Origin: Trichoplax adhaerens
Taxonomy: Eukaryota > Animalia > Placozoa
Reading direction: 5' to 3'
Assembly (NCBI RefSeq): GCF_000150275.1
Contig: NW_002060957.1
Coordinates: 606,220 to 670,219, forward strand
DNA: 64,000 nt
This document shows positions 45,950 to 61,100 of this stretch, piece by piece. The notes under the pieces were generated by a model. That model was not told where the DNA came from. It was given only the letters and a program-made list of their open reading frames with translations, and did no database searches. The first letter of the stretch is position 1. Each line of letters starts with the position of its first letter. The translations under genes and the position numbers were made by a program.

Positions 45950-48900
45950 ATGGCAGACAGTTGTGACAGTCAAACTGAAAGTGTTACTCCTATCAATATT
46001 TGCGATTTTTACTGGCGATCACGACTATGCTCCAATACTTACAGACATGGTGATCCTTTGATCGAGTTTTCTATCTTATGGCCAGATAGTGCCACTTTGC
46101 AAGACTTTCTTGAAAATATAACTATAACACATGCAGAACTCAAGGATTTTTGTTTAATTGCTTTGCGCTGTGGCCCATTTGATGTTATCTCCTGCTTGTT
46201 GAAACGTGGATTCTTACCAAATGATCAACAAGAGATCTTTGGCAATTATAACTTTACTATGCTCCATGTCGCTGCTTTAGCAGGAAACCTTCCTGTCATG
46301 AAGGAATTATCGAAGCAGTATTCATCCATGAAGAGAATGAAAGATGAATTAGGTAAAATGGCATTCGTATTAATAGATGTTAACTATGACATTCAACACC
46401 CTGATCTAGATTTACTACGATACATGTTTTATCATTGATGCTTCAGTATCTACAGTACTTGATGAGATACAAATATATTCATAGTATTTATCATCTAAAA
46501 TCTGGACACTAGTTTTAGTCATAAGCCTTGCCTGTCATGATATCGAAGCTATAGCGAGCCTACATCAACTGAATCATATTATTCATCGACATGCACATAG
46601 AGTAGATATACACCTATGGTAAACACCAATCCGATCTAGACAAATCTATACAACACAAAGTAGACTTTCATAACTATAAATTGACGAAAGCAATCAAATC
46701 ACCTGTAATCTACATAAATAGGATTACATTTGGCATCATTATGTTGTTATTCTTAAAAGGTCGATTACCCGAAGAGATAGCCTCGATCGATTCTAAAGGA
46801 TCAACTATAGTAACAGACAGGAAACGTAACGGTAAGAAAAATAAATTACGTTCACCTACTGATACTGAAATAAAAGAAATATTCCAATGGCTACGTGATC
46901 CAAATTGCTACGATGAATTCCTATTAAAAATGCAGGTAAGTCTATAATACAATATGCTGCAAGAACTCGACATTGAATCTTTTACAAGCAATAACCATTA
47001 CTGACGCAGTGGTGTACTTGTCATGACACGATGTGGATATGAAATATGCAGTGTTGTGCCTCTTGGAATCCATAACATTATTTTCCTTCGTATACTATTT
47101 CAGTTAATTGAATTGGATGTCAATCGGATAAAAGATGAAAACGGCGATTTAATGTTGCACGTGGCTGTCACTCAAGGTAAGCATTAGTTTATGCTGTACA
47201 ATATACTTTGAACTATAATTGAAGTGAATGATCTGATGAATTAAATATACGAGTAATTAACATCGACTTTAACCGTGAAATCCGAGAGTAAAGAAGCCTA
47301 ACTAATTCTAAAACTGTAATACATCAGTATCTTCAATTCTTGACCATGTATTGACTCCGTATGGCTGTTTAGCCTTAAGTTACTACCGAGTAATATAGCA
47401 TATCTTGCACGAAGCATATTTTATTTATTTTTATCTGTTACCAAGCTATTACCTTAGCATAGCAAATACATCTATTCTAGGAATTAGTCATATACCGTTT
47501 ATTATGGCTTTGGTATACCTGCATCATGCTTCTATTGAAGCGACCAACGAAAATGGCCTAACACCGTTATGCGTAGCTGCGAAATGTAGCCATTCAATGT
47601 TAGCCGACGTAAGTAGCCTAAATACAGGAATATCAAATTAACATCAGAAGGAATCGTGTAACAAGATAGCATGATTACATTTCATAGTTCATCTAGACTA
47701 TTAATCTTTTACATAAAGTAGTAGATACTTATCTCTTAGTGTATTGAAAGAAAAACGGCGATAAACATGATCTTTCCAATTTGTTTCAATTTATTGCTAC
47801 CATATAATCATCATTATCATTTTATACATTATTTTCAATTTCTTCAAAAAGACTACCAGCTTATGAAGTTTAAAGTTCACTACTTGCTAACCTTTGTTAT
47901 GTTGTCAATGTGAATACAAATTCAGTTTCCATTAGTTTGCGTACTGATTATCACTGCAAAAGTATATCAATTTGACTGACCATTATGCTCTCCCTTATTT
48001 AGATCTTGATATGTGTACTTGGTGCAAGCCCAAATACCTGTAATTCTCGAATCGGCTGGAGTCCTCTACATTATGCTGCTGCTAGAAATGATTACGATAC
48101 AGCACGGTATGTATCTATGCAAAGTTCTAGCTACTTACTATTTATACTCTAGACCACATTAAAGGAATAATTAAGTGTAATTTAGTTAGGTATTGTCATA
48201 AATGCTAACTGATCCTTCTATTTACTAGATTCTTAGTCATGAGAGGCGCAGATGTAAATGTTGAAGATGAAAATGGAAGAAGACCAGATGATGTAGCCGA
48301 ACGAAATGGGCTCTGTTATGCATTATTGCAGACAGGAAGATCGAACCGTATCGAAAATTTAATCCAGAAAATTATGCAGGTAGACTAGAAAAACTGTAAA
48401 CTTGCCGATTTAAAGTATACTTCCTTGAATGATATTTTATAACGAATTTCTTCACTCGCATATCATATTTGGATGATAACGAGTGAAAATCTTTATAAAA
48501 ATGTTATGAATTATATTAATTATAGGATTGCCTTCGTCAAGAAGACCTTAGGCAATCAGATTTATGCTTAACTGATGAGAATGATTGCACTCTATTGATG
48601 GTAGCAGTAAAGCAAAATAGGTAAGTGGTTACAGAAATACTTACGAATATATTCGCTTAAATTGAAACATATTACTATGTTTCAACCATCTTTCAAAGAA
48701 ATGCCTAATTGTCTAACATTTACTTAGTCTTCAAAGCATCGAAATATTAACCCGCTACAAGCATTGTCCTCTTGATGCACAGGACGGGAAGGTATGATAC
48801 AATCAACCCAATAACCTATAATTTTGTACGTCATTGTCGCATAGTGAACAAGTCCAGTTCATTGCAGTATTTTGACAAATGATAATTAACGTGCATCATA

Positions 48901-51900
48901 AAGCATGACATATGGTAGTACGTAAATATAGGAGATAGAAGAAGTATGTATATTGCTAATTTTGTATAAGCTAAAGTTAATCGTCTAGTAATACCAATGG
49001 CTATAGTATTCCTATTTAAATACTTTTAAATTAATAATCACTAAACAATTTAAAGCGGCAATTGATAACATGCTACAATAGTAGTCTTTGCAAATAATTA
49101 TCTTTGCATTCACTCTACAGAGCTATACAGTGATCTTACGTAATATTACCTTATAAGTATTGGAAAATGTAAACGCAAATACATCACTAAAGCACTGATT
49201 CAGATTTATTTGTATCCAGTTTTTAAGAACTGCGCTATCACTCGCTATCATGGATGGAAATTTGGAAGTCACAAAATTACTATTAGAGTTTGTATTTATA
49301 ATACCATGATGCGTACATGTTGTGCAGTAAATAATATTATTTTATAAACGTAATGAGGACGAATTAATTCGCAGAAGAAACTGTCAAGTTCGAATTGCCG
49401 ATATTAGTGGATGGTTACCTTTGCATCATGCCGCATATAATGCTCATGAGGAAATTGTTTCGCTAATTTTAAGTAGCAACGACAGATTAGTGGTAAGGAG
49501 AACTTGTAGCACGTTATGTTAATTTATTCACCATGTCCCAACGTTCCGAAGCCGTAGTACTTTCTGGTTATGCTAACGTACATTTCATTTCTGCAGGGTT
49601 TAGCCAAAGCTCAACAATTATGCCAATCTACTAAGATAGGATTAATTATCACTGATGCTCAACTAAGGTAGGATCCTTTTTTCAGCATTGCCATTTCTTG
49701 TCTTACAAGGAAAACTCACCGTATTATTTCAACGTTGATAATTATAACACGGGACAGACGGCGAAGGGAAATTGTAAAACCTATGGTCTTTGATTGTTGT
49801 ACAAATGGAGATTGCGATAGACTGTATTCTATCTTAGAAGAAGGAGACAACCTAAGCAATTATGTATGCTATACGCTATAAAAATTTTTGGGTCTATTTA
49901 ATGTGTTATTGCTTATCGTAAAAAAGTGACTAGACGTATTAAATTGAACTTCCTTTTAGGTAAATTCTAACGAAAACCCGATTTTCATAGCTGCTCATAA
50001 TGGTTATACAGGCATCGTTAAAATTTTAATTGAGGTAGCAAAAAATTTAATACAAGTATTCTCTATCATTGTCTTTACCTAATATCTACATTTAGTGCTG
50101 ATTCTGCGATAAGTGCATAATATTAATTTTGCGGTTTTAGAACGGCGTGGATATTAGATGTAAAGAACCTAACAGCGACAACACCCTTTTACATATCGCT
50201 GCACAAGAAGGTCATAAGACACTGGTAGAATTTCTAATTCCATATATTAACCCCGGCAAAAATAAACGTAAACTAGCCCCTATTGATGTCAATGCACTAA
50301 ATTCGACTGGGTTCACCGCACTACAGCTAGCAGCTGATAAAGGTTAGGCTTGTGATACTGTCATACACTGCTGACTAATTTAAAGGGCTAATGAGATTGG
50401 ATGACAATTTCGTCAATCATAAATAGGCCATCGCGAAATTCTCAGGATCTTTCTTGAAAATGGCGCATCGACGGCACTACTGGATGTAAATGGAAACCTA
50501 TACTGTAGCGAATTTGACGGGTTGCAAGTTTTGATTGACAATAGCCGGAAAGAGAGAATGGAATTGTAAGTCAATACTTAATGCACGCCAACTAATTAAA
50601 AATTTAGGTGCGCAAGTGTGTTATGTTATCTACTCTCTACAAATATGTATGCACAAGTATAGTTCAACGTAAATTTATCTCTCACTTTTATTACTTTACC
50701 TTGGATTTTCTAATTTAATTAATACATATGCGTATTTCATCGCTAGATTTAAAAGGTTTTGCAAGGATAAATCTGGTTTAACCAAATTACGTTCTGAATG
50801 GCTGGTAACTAATATTTAGATTATTTACTTTTTCTTTATAACATTTTGACGACAATTCGCTGTTTTATATACTGTATATTTTCGAATGTGATTTCTGAGC
50901 AGATCCCATTTGACTATAATCTACGGGATGAAAACGATGACACCTTCTTAATGTACGCTGCATATTGTGGAAGACTAGACGTCATCAACTTTCTATTAGA
51001 ACCAACTGTTAAAACCAAGAATGCTGTCTTTCTGGACTTTCAAAGCGGTAGCACTACACCAGCTAGCGACGGCCAAGTAAGGGCATCCTTCTTAGCTCTA
51101 TAATTAAATCGAAATATTGGATTGTGTAGGTTTTCGGTATCAGGCAATGATGTAATACGTTAACATTTTACATTGCCAAATTATTCTTTCTTACAGCGAA
51201 GTTCACCAGGCACACCAGTTGGCCCGTATACCCCAGCCAGTTTAGGAAGAAGCCCAGAACTTAAGTTCCAACATAACGGAAAAACTGGCGGAGGGCCTGC
51301 GAGATCTCGTTCTGCGACAGATAGCAGTATTGAAGGAGAGACCGCTAGGACTCTAGCTGCCGCAAATAATTATGAGCAGATCAGTGATGCAACTATCCGT
51401 CGCCGTTTGTCATTGAGACGTAATGATAGTGCTTTTAGCCGTTGGTCAATGGAAGACTCTAACGCTGACTCTGAATCCTACATTGAAGGGCAAAATATTG
51501 ACGTTCGATTATTGCCCAGTAACGAATTTGTTTGTGCTGTTAATCCTCGAGACGGTTATACAGCTTTACATCGTGCAGTGCAAGGCAGTGACAGTAACGT
51601 TGGTATCGTGAAAGTCTTAATTAACGCCAATAATGAATGTTTAAACATGTCTGAAAATTCAGGAAATACAGCTCTACATTTGGCTTGTCAATTACGCCGG
51701 AAAATGATAATAAAAGCACTCTTGGTAAGCCAATTACTAGTTTGACTTCCTGCTAACTGATATAGAAGTTGAATAAATTTATGGATAATCCACACTTTAC
51801 TGATTGTGTAACATAATGTATTAATAATCATGTATTACTTTAACATCTATGTGCAAGCCTAACTGAAACATGTACAGCCTATTATTGTTTTTTGATAAGG

Positions 51901-52402
51901 GAAAAGTGATAAAAATTTTTACCGCGTTTATTTCCTTAATTTTGGTAGTAGTATTGATCATAATATCGGTAGATATCAATTCGGCATCAACATCACTATA
52001 TACCTAATACAGTGCCTCCTCATAGCTACAATTTTCTACTAAATAGAACTTTCGAGAGTTAGACGTCAACATTCAGAATGAAAATGGTCTCTTGGCTGAC
52101 GATTTAACGGCGCTAACAGCGACCAAGCAAAATATTAAAAAATTGCGTGATGAACGTACTGATTACCAGTAAGCTTGCAATTGACTCTTTGATAACGCAT
52201 TAATTTGGTTATAATAATACCTAAATGCTTCAATGAACATTTACGTTACGTGTCATGGATAGATTTTCTATCAACAGTAACCACTGAATAATTCATTGTT
52301 ATTCATAGAAAGCCGATGGATCAAGCTGATGAAGTAGCAGTCAGTAGTGATGGGACTTCTATCGATTTTGATGTTTTGAATGCTGTATTTAAGTCCCTTT
52401 AA
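45950..52402 (+). CDS. Multi-exon ankyrin-repeat protein (orthology not recognised)
   Basis: Many phase-compatible GT-AG exons with ankyrin motifs: TMLHVAALAGN, GLTPLCVAAK, GWSPLHYAAA, GWLPLHHAAY, NTLLHIAAQEGH, GFTALQLAA, GYTALHRAV and GNTALHLAC. Contains a Ser/Pro-rich insert and ends ...NAVFKSL*. Confidence 0.88.
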
Positions 52403-53782
52403 AAAGGCTGAGCAAGAGAAGCAGCATGATAATTTATACCTAAAAGCTTAATATTTAAAATTGCTAATCGGTATAAAACAGTACAAATTGTGAATTCCAT
52501 AATGACGAAGTAGCCTAAATTTTAATCAATACTTTAAAACTTAAAACCTTATGAATATGTAATTGATATTGAAGATATCGATTTTATTTCATAGCTTAAT
52601 CTGATAAAATTATCTCCTACGAACGTTTACTCAGCCAATTGACTAGTCTACATGTAAGTTATTGTATGATTGTATGAATTATAATATCACTAGCTCACCC
52701 TAAATGCGTTCTTTAAAGTAAGATTAGGCTTGATTAATAGTAACAATTTCACGAAATGTCAAATGTTTTGCTTTGTAAGAATTTAGCTTATTGTAATACA
52801 ATGTATTAATTAATAAGTATGCACTATAATGGTAAGTGTATTTACAGTATGAAAGTAAGTATTATGATTTAAGTGAAGAAAGTTTTATATAAAAAGAGTT
52901 GTAAAACGTTTAACAATACAGATCCGTATGTATACTCATGTGAATTTCCAAAAAATTGCTATTCTAATATTTTAGTTAATTAATGGCTTAAATGAACATT
53001 AATTTTTTGGAGATTTTACCTCATACAAACGAATGAACATAATTCGATGGTTTATGTTAATATATTAAAATAATATCGTAATTTAATATAATTACGTCTC
53101 TGTTTAAAATTTATAAGATTAGTAATTGTAATCGCGATCTCATTTGGTATGCCAGATTTGCCCTATTTTTATAATTAAGTGCTCGTAAATTAAATTATCT
53201 CGATTTCATTATTATTAGATTCATTTGAAAGATTAAAATATACGAATTTATACTAAGCGTTTAAGAAGATTTTGTTACTCTATTTAAAAGCAGAAGAGCA
53301 TGCGATACTACGAAAATGTAATAGTGTAGTAGTACCTATTTACATTGCATATATCACGTGTAACAGTTATAACCGGGTACATACTGAATAAGTGTTTGTA
53401 CGTGATTAACTAAACTGCATACTTAGTATTTTAAAATTGTTGATTTATTGGTCAATCATACAGCACTAACGCAACATTCTGTTCCTACTCATTGGGTAGC
53501 AACTAATATAGCCAATACAGTTGCTTTTTCAGTTTTAAGAATATCTAAATTTGTCAGGCAGTCTACAGCCTTACCTGTTCATTCATGACTATTATTGACA
53601 TCCAAGCAAGCCTAGAGCTGTGTTTACTTAGAGAGCATCTAAGGTAAATGTGAAGCATAGAGTAAGGCATCAAAATTGAGCACGGAATGTCATTATACCA
53701 ATGTAGTGATTATTGCTAATTATAGTATTAACACGAAATACAGATCACTAGGGTTCTGCAAAACTCATCGATTATAATTAAA

Positions 53783-54640
53783 CATCTCGATGTTGCAGAG
53801 TTCTATAACAACTTAGGGCTTGTCCATACGGAACAATGTAGGTACGATGAAGCTATTTCTATGTATGAAAAATCACTGAAAATATATCTAAATATCCGTA
53901 ATCATTAATATCTCAATGTTGCTATATCCTATATTAACATGGGAAATATTTATAATCCTCAGAGAAAGCATAAAGAGGCTATGTTAATGCATAAAAAATT
54001 ACTCAAAGTCCAGCTCTCGAATCTTCGTTGTCATCCAACCAGCACCGCGAAATTATATGGCAGCCTTTCACAGACTTATTTTCTTGAGAACAGCTACGAA
54101 GAAACTGTTTTGATGCTTAAAAAGTCGATCAAAATACAGCAATCAGTTTTCGGCCTCAATCATGTTAATATTGCCAATTCTTATAATTATATTGGTTCGA
54201 TCTATCTTTCTCAAAGCAAACATAATGATGCTATTTCTATGAATGAGAAAACGCTTAAATTCAAAGGTTAGATCTCGATGCTAATAGCATTGATATTGCG
54301 AAATCCCATGACTACGTGAGGGAGGTAAACGGTTATCAGGGCAGGTATGAAGAGGCACTTTTTATGGATAAGAAATCGCTGACAATTCGATTACTACATC
54401 TTGGTCATCATCATGCTGATCTTGACCAAACCTATAACAGTATAGGAACTATCTATAGGAATTTGGAGAGGTGTGATGAAGCAATGTCTATCGATAAGCA
54501 ATCGCTCAAACATCAAAATATTTACTTATGGTTACCATCATTCCGCTCCTGTTGCAATATTGAACAGCATGGGCGCTGTGCTTGTAAATCAGGGCAAGTA
54601 TGACGATACTCTTTGTAAATATGAGAAATTACTCAAAACT
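53783..54640 (+). pseudogene. Degenerate intronless TPR-repeat gene (kinesin light chain/NPHP3-type 42-aa repeats)
   Basis: HLDVAEFYNNLGLVH...YDEAISMYEKSLKI and GLNHVNIANSYNYIGSIYLSQ. In-frame TAA at 53906-53908 and frame changes near 54260 and 54520-54550. Confidence 0.85.
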
Positions 54641-55128
54641 TAATCATTACTTAGAATGTCATATGTAGCCTTAACTCTACACAAGCCATCAACTTTATTC
54701 ATGATCGTTATAATAATTAAGCACAGTTATAATTACAATAAGTATAAGCCAAATTCGATTTACCAAAAATAGAAAACAGTTCAATTCTATTTAATTAAAT
54801 TGATCGTATCTTTACGTTGGAATATACCGATGCTGGGCGCCATAAAGCCAAAGTATAATTTATAAAAGTGTAAAGTGTGCAAAAAATGAAATGAATTTGC
54901 TAGACAAAATTATGTACATTATACAATAAAAGCAAGCCATGTAGCGATGTAGAATATGTAGAAATTACTATATCCTTGTTGTATTCAATTAAATATACAT
55001 TAAGTATAAAGAATCACACCTGCAAATATCTATATGCAATGAGTATTAATGAGTCATATTTGAATCAATAAAATTGATTTAATTTAAATTTTAACAGCTT
55101 CGCATGATAATAAGAGTAATAACGCTCG

Positions 55129-58100
55129 TTAATGTTTAGCATGAGGTGGTAAAGCTATCACTCTTGGTCTATTTGTTAAACTAATTTCACTAATACTAGC
55201 TTCGGTTAAGATATTTAAGACTGTGTTTTCCAAGATCGATTCAATTAAATTTGATACTTCTGGTATTCTATAATATAAAATATTTTTGAAATGTTTCAAA
55301 TTTAGAATTAATCCTGATAATCATTACGTTGTAAAATCTAGAACTTAGAAAATAGAAGCAAAATAATATATTCTTTAAAGATGATAATCTAAATGTACTG
55401 ATAAACTATGCAGAAAAATACAAACATTTATAATACCATTTACAATTAAATATACTCTTACTGTAGAAGATTATTATTATCTGTTACTGGTCAATTAGAA
55501 TAAGCGTAAAGAATAAGCTAGCTGAATTATCGGAAGAATCTATACGCAACAACGTACATATATACTAAATATCAAATTTAATCTATGTTGCTAGTTAAAT
55601 TTTTTTAGCCTAATGCAAACATTCATACGTACAGACTTATTTAATTACCTAGCAATACTTTCATCGGTAATGCAGTCTTCGGTCGCAATCTCTATTATGG
55701 ATTTTTTATTATCATCAATTAGATTATTTGCTACTTCTTCATCTCTATTTAAGCTCTGGTACTCTTCCTATAAATTAATCAATAACGTTTTTTCATGAAA
55801 GAAATTAGCAATATTGCATTATGCAAAACATATCATTACTGTGTGAAATTAATATAAATCGTAATTTAAGAAATTTAAAACGATAAATACAAACCGTTGA
55901 GGGAGTTGGAGATTTTTGATCTACCGTTGAGGTAGGATTATTCTCATCGGATTGATTAGTTATTGGATTATCGCCAACGGCATCAATTTGGCCATCATCT
56001 GTACGGTCATCCATAACGCTACTTGTCTGAATATGGCCCAGTTGTTTAAAATACGGGACAGGCTCAGTATAGAGATTGGAAATGACATCGATAAAATCAT
56101 GATCACGTATAAGATTCCTATATTGCAAGCAAATTGAAAATAAATGAGTACGCAAACCTATTTTTATTTGGCAATAGCAACCAATATCTTGATTTTTTTA
56201 TTAGAATAAACTTATATAATATTCTATTTTGCAATCTTTAAGCCATTACTCGACTCTATTACTGTAAGTATTCTACTAATAAATGATTGAACTTACTTCA
56301 CCATATCTGAGATAGCATTAGCTACGATATCTCTTTCCTCTAGTAAGCAAGTAGTCCAAGTGTTTTCTTCATCTACAGCTGATGATCTATCCAATAAATA
56401 TTTCTGATAATTTCCAGCTATACTTCTACAAATATTATAAGGAAAGTTACCATACTGCAATAATAGCTTTATACGTCTTTAAATTCATTTTGTTGCTTGA
56501 ATTTATCTTGCTTACCTATCCATATGAAAATTGGTGATTTTGCCGGGAAAATTGGCTTGATAATCCTTTAATGAATGAGTTCGAGCATTTAAGCCAAGAT
56601 ATAGAATAAATGGTTGAGGAATTTTGGGTGGATCATGACTATCGGTTTTCGTAGTCTAATTTGTACGTAATCGTATCAAAGCAGGTAGAAGATTAAATAA
56701 ATGAAATTTTGAATCTTTGAAAAGAATCTATTTGAAATTGGGTTTTAACACATATTCCAGAAAAGATACTTGTTATTATAGATCGAGTACAATATTCATA
56801 TATACCTTTTGTCTACTGCGGCCTTTCTTCTCCATAATCCTGGTATCTGATTGCAAGAATGGTTTAATAGGGGGTAAAGCCTAGAAATTAAAGCAGAATC
56901 TTTAAATAATGAAATTTACTGGTAGATTTGATCAAGTAATTTGAGTATATGGCATAGAGGGCTATCATACCTGATATTTTTTGGCGATACGTTCAGCAGC
57001 ATTACTCGTCTGCATTTTATTCTGTAAAATGTCAAATTTACTTTAGTATCAACAGAGTAAAGATGCTCTTTTACTCAAAATGCTCACTTTTGAGGGTAAT
57101 CAGCGCTATTACGCAATATAAGATCTCACTATTTTATTGTTAAAGTGATAACCTGGGATTCAGTGGCATTCATGTGCTCTTCATTTTCTCCATTTCCTTC
57201 TTCCTGGAGATTGTTTTCTGTAATAGTAAACGTATGCTTTCTTTCTTCTTCCTTGGTTTCCCATAATTTTAATTTTTTCTGATAGATTGCCATCTCAGTT
57301 TCATCAATGATCTGTAATAGCATAGAATAGGTCATTGAATAAAATTGTACTTTTGAAATCATGAATTACTCATAGCTTATTACCTCACAAGGAATATCAA
57401 TTTCGAAAAATGAAGGAACCGTATAGGAAGAGAAATCAACCTGTAATATAACCGCAGGATAGATTGAGTAACTTTGTAATATTTCATTCTAATGACTTTA
57501 ATCATGTTTTGGATATTATTTGAATCTATTAAAAGAAGTCAATGACGAAAGTACTCATTTTACCTTGACTAAAATAGATTCTTCAGCTGCTAGACGACCT
57601 CGAGGTGGATTAATAGTGATAGTCTGATGGCTGGTTTTAGTTGGAAGTTTCCAATTATAGGATACAACATGCTTTGATTTATTAATTAAAAATAGGATCC
57701 TTCTTTCATTGGAGTATAGCGGTAAATTGCCGAATGAAATCCTCTCTTGAGATAAATAAGCGAGCTAGATAACACGTTATCAAGATTATAAATGAATATT
57801 AGAGATTTAGGATCACATTTGTTCAAATGTAACAATTGGATGTAATAGTGGCGGCCAATATCAAGCATTGCTAATGAGTAAAAGAGGTTATCTAATTGTT
57901 AGGCTTAGCTTCATATGATCAGTTATCACAATTTGTCTCATTTATACCTGGTCCGGAATGTCCACTAACTGAATTGGAGGAACACTAGTAAGATGGCTTT
58001 GATCAGTAAATGGCATAGAATCACCCATAAATCGTTGATCATATCCTACGCCATAAAATGTGACTAAATGGGTTTCCACTCCAAGAATATGAACAGGAAC

Positions 58101-61100
58101 ATCGACCTGTAAATGTTCAAGAGGTTTGTGAAACTTGGAACAGTTTATTATCACAATTAGTATAGCGATGGCAATTATTGAGATCTATTTGCAATTCATT
58201 AAACAGCTTTGATCTATAACTAGTTAATGAAAGTATTCTACTAATGAAGATTTAGTGGCTACTATAATTAGTAAGCAAGAGAAACTGGCAGCTGCGTCGA
58301 TCTTTTTTTTGCAAATAAATTAAGGGGAAACTAATTTATTACTGCCACAGCTATGAAGATATTCCATTAAACAAGATTAGCTAGCAGGTATACTGCTAAC
58401 AGGCAAAAAAGTGAATATCGTGACTATTAATGTTTTTTATAAGGTTTTTGATAGTAAAGAACTTACACTATATGTCTTGGCCTCAATTGGTGAAAATACC
58501 CATTCTATTTGAGCACGTTGCCCGGGAGCAATTTGACCAGTAGGATTTAGACATTGAAAGATGTTGCAATGATAATTGTCCTAACATAACGAGATCATAA
58601 GAATTAACATTCAGTATAGTATTTTAGGGGGCTCGATAAGCTAAGGGAGCTTGAATAAACAGAAAGTATAGTTCTAGTTGAACATTTTCAAAAGACTTTA
58701 ATTATCTCACTCTATCCTCGCCGAATGCAACCAGAACCAATACACTAGTCTAACACCAAAACTTACCATTTTTAAGTTATCACAGGGAGACAAATCTAGC
58801 TCGTAATTCACAGTTTGTCCTCCACCATTATATAGCTCATAAACCTATAATATAGTAATGAATTATGATTTACTTTTACCAAGAACTCTTCTTTAGATTA
58901 TTTTGGAGCATAGAATAGCGCCTACTGAAGTTATCTTACCTGCTTTGGATATGTTATACTACCAATTGGCATGGCCATAAACTGATGGCTGTTGCTTGGA
59001 AAATGAACGTATTTTGCTGAAGCTTCCACGGTAACCCCAACAAAATTAATCTAGCAATGAAAATAAAAATCGATTAAAATCTGTGATCAATCTACCAACA
59101 CCAGGATTAGCAGCCAGCAATTCCATATCCCATAATTAATCATTACTTACCAAGACTTCTCTGCCTTTGCTAACTTTGAAAATGACTGGTAAGCGGTCAG
59201 TGTTAGGCATAATATGGCTAAATATCAAAATATAAGATGATTAACTATTTTTGTGGTAGTTAGACATTGTAAATAACAATCTAGGTACCTATGAATCACG
59301 ACCTAAGATTGATTAAATCTAGAAATAACCTACCGGTAGGAAAATGTGACCACTTGAGTTTCGTCAGGCTGCAGGTTACCTTTACTTGGTGTTATGGTAA
59401 ATAATTTGTTATCCATCACATGCATCTAGTAAGTAGTGAGAAAGATTAGTATCAAATTGACTTAGAGCACTCTTTGATACTAGATTGAAACGCAAGAATG
59501 GGTATGCTAACATCATATAGTTCATCTCGCGAATAGTCGCCATTTTCTGCCCAAAATTCAAGGTCTAATTGGAAATCGGTTGGAAATAAGAAGGCCCTAG
59601 AATGAAATATAGTAAAATTGATTCAGCTATTGATTCTGAACTAGTTTCTGCTGTCGTTTCGAGGTTTAAATAATTAAAAATCAATGAAATTAAAATTGAA
59701 TTTTAAAATTGAAGTAGATATGGTATTCGATATGAAAGTAAAGTGATAGTACAGATTATCTCAGCCTATTTCAATATAAAAAAGCTTGATATAGATTGTA
59801 AAATTATCTTGTTAAAATCCTTACCAATCTGTAGGAACTGGTCCTGTATTCTTAAGCATAAGATAGGCCGTACCCGGTGGACTATCGACTGGAGCTGAAC
59901 CAAAATTAAAATCTAATACCGCTTTAGTATTAATGGGTGGTCGTCGTCTAGTGCTAGAAAATAGTTGAAATTAATCGTGTTAGCCAAATAATTAACCATG
60001 AATCCAGCATTACATTGACGGAGTAGAAACTGTTTTTACCTGTGCCTGGTGACTACTGAATACATTGTTTCTGCTGGAGAAGGATCGGAAGACATTGTCA
60101 TGTTGAAGCTGATAGTTAAATGATAAAATAGATCGTGAATTTATGGGGTAGCTATGGTCTCAGAGCTTGTTGCTGCCCAATATCATGTTTAAATAGGAAC
60201 CTTAAATATGAAAAGCGGTTAAAAATCAAATGATTCTTACCTGTCCAAGTTGAATAATTTCCAGAGCCCAACTTTACTTATATTCGATGTGCTACTGCAA
60301 CGAGCATCGACAATTTTGACCGTAGGATAAATTCCTATCACCTTCAATTGGCATAATATTGGATTTGAACATTCAATAGTTTGATTCATGCCATCCGCTA
60401 GTCAGAAAATAAAATAAGTAAAATCAGAGATGTTATTTATCACGATTCTTAAAGGATTTCAGTTTAGTGAAGAAAAGTCTGAATTGAATACAAAGGTAGC
60501 TTACAAGTTGGAGTTAATAGCTTATAACGGATGATTAATTGATACTGAAATCTCTGCTTTGGCCTAACTGTGGCAGTAATGTTCAGCATAGAACGGGCAG
60601 GGATGACACCTTCCATCTTGTCTACATCCAAGACTAATCAGAATAATAGAGGTAATAAAATGAATAAATAAAACAAGTTTATAGCAGGTAGAGAACAATT
60701 TAGTAGGCAAAGGCCATACTTATATCATCATTAGAAGGATAATTTTGATCATAAGGTCCAGATATCGATTGTTCTAAGCTCAATTGATAGAGTAAGTTGC
60801 ATTTACTGCTATTACTAATAGTAATATTTTGACTAGCTGCAGAGCCAACGACAACATTGCCGAAATCAAATTCAGTTGGATCAGCCTGAATTGTAATAAA
60901 ACAGTCTTTCATTAATATTTTACCTTGATCATCATCGGTAGAGGCGTTTTTACTAAAAGGAGAAACAATTTGGCAATAGTAACTTACTTCTATGTCTCCA
61001 ACAGAACCTTCGCCAATGATACGAACGAAAAATGATGATTTTTGAATTTGGGAGCTATGAAAATGAATTAGCCACGCATTGAGATACCAAAATTACATTT

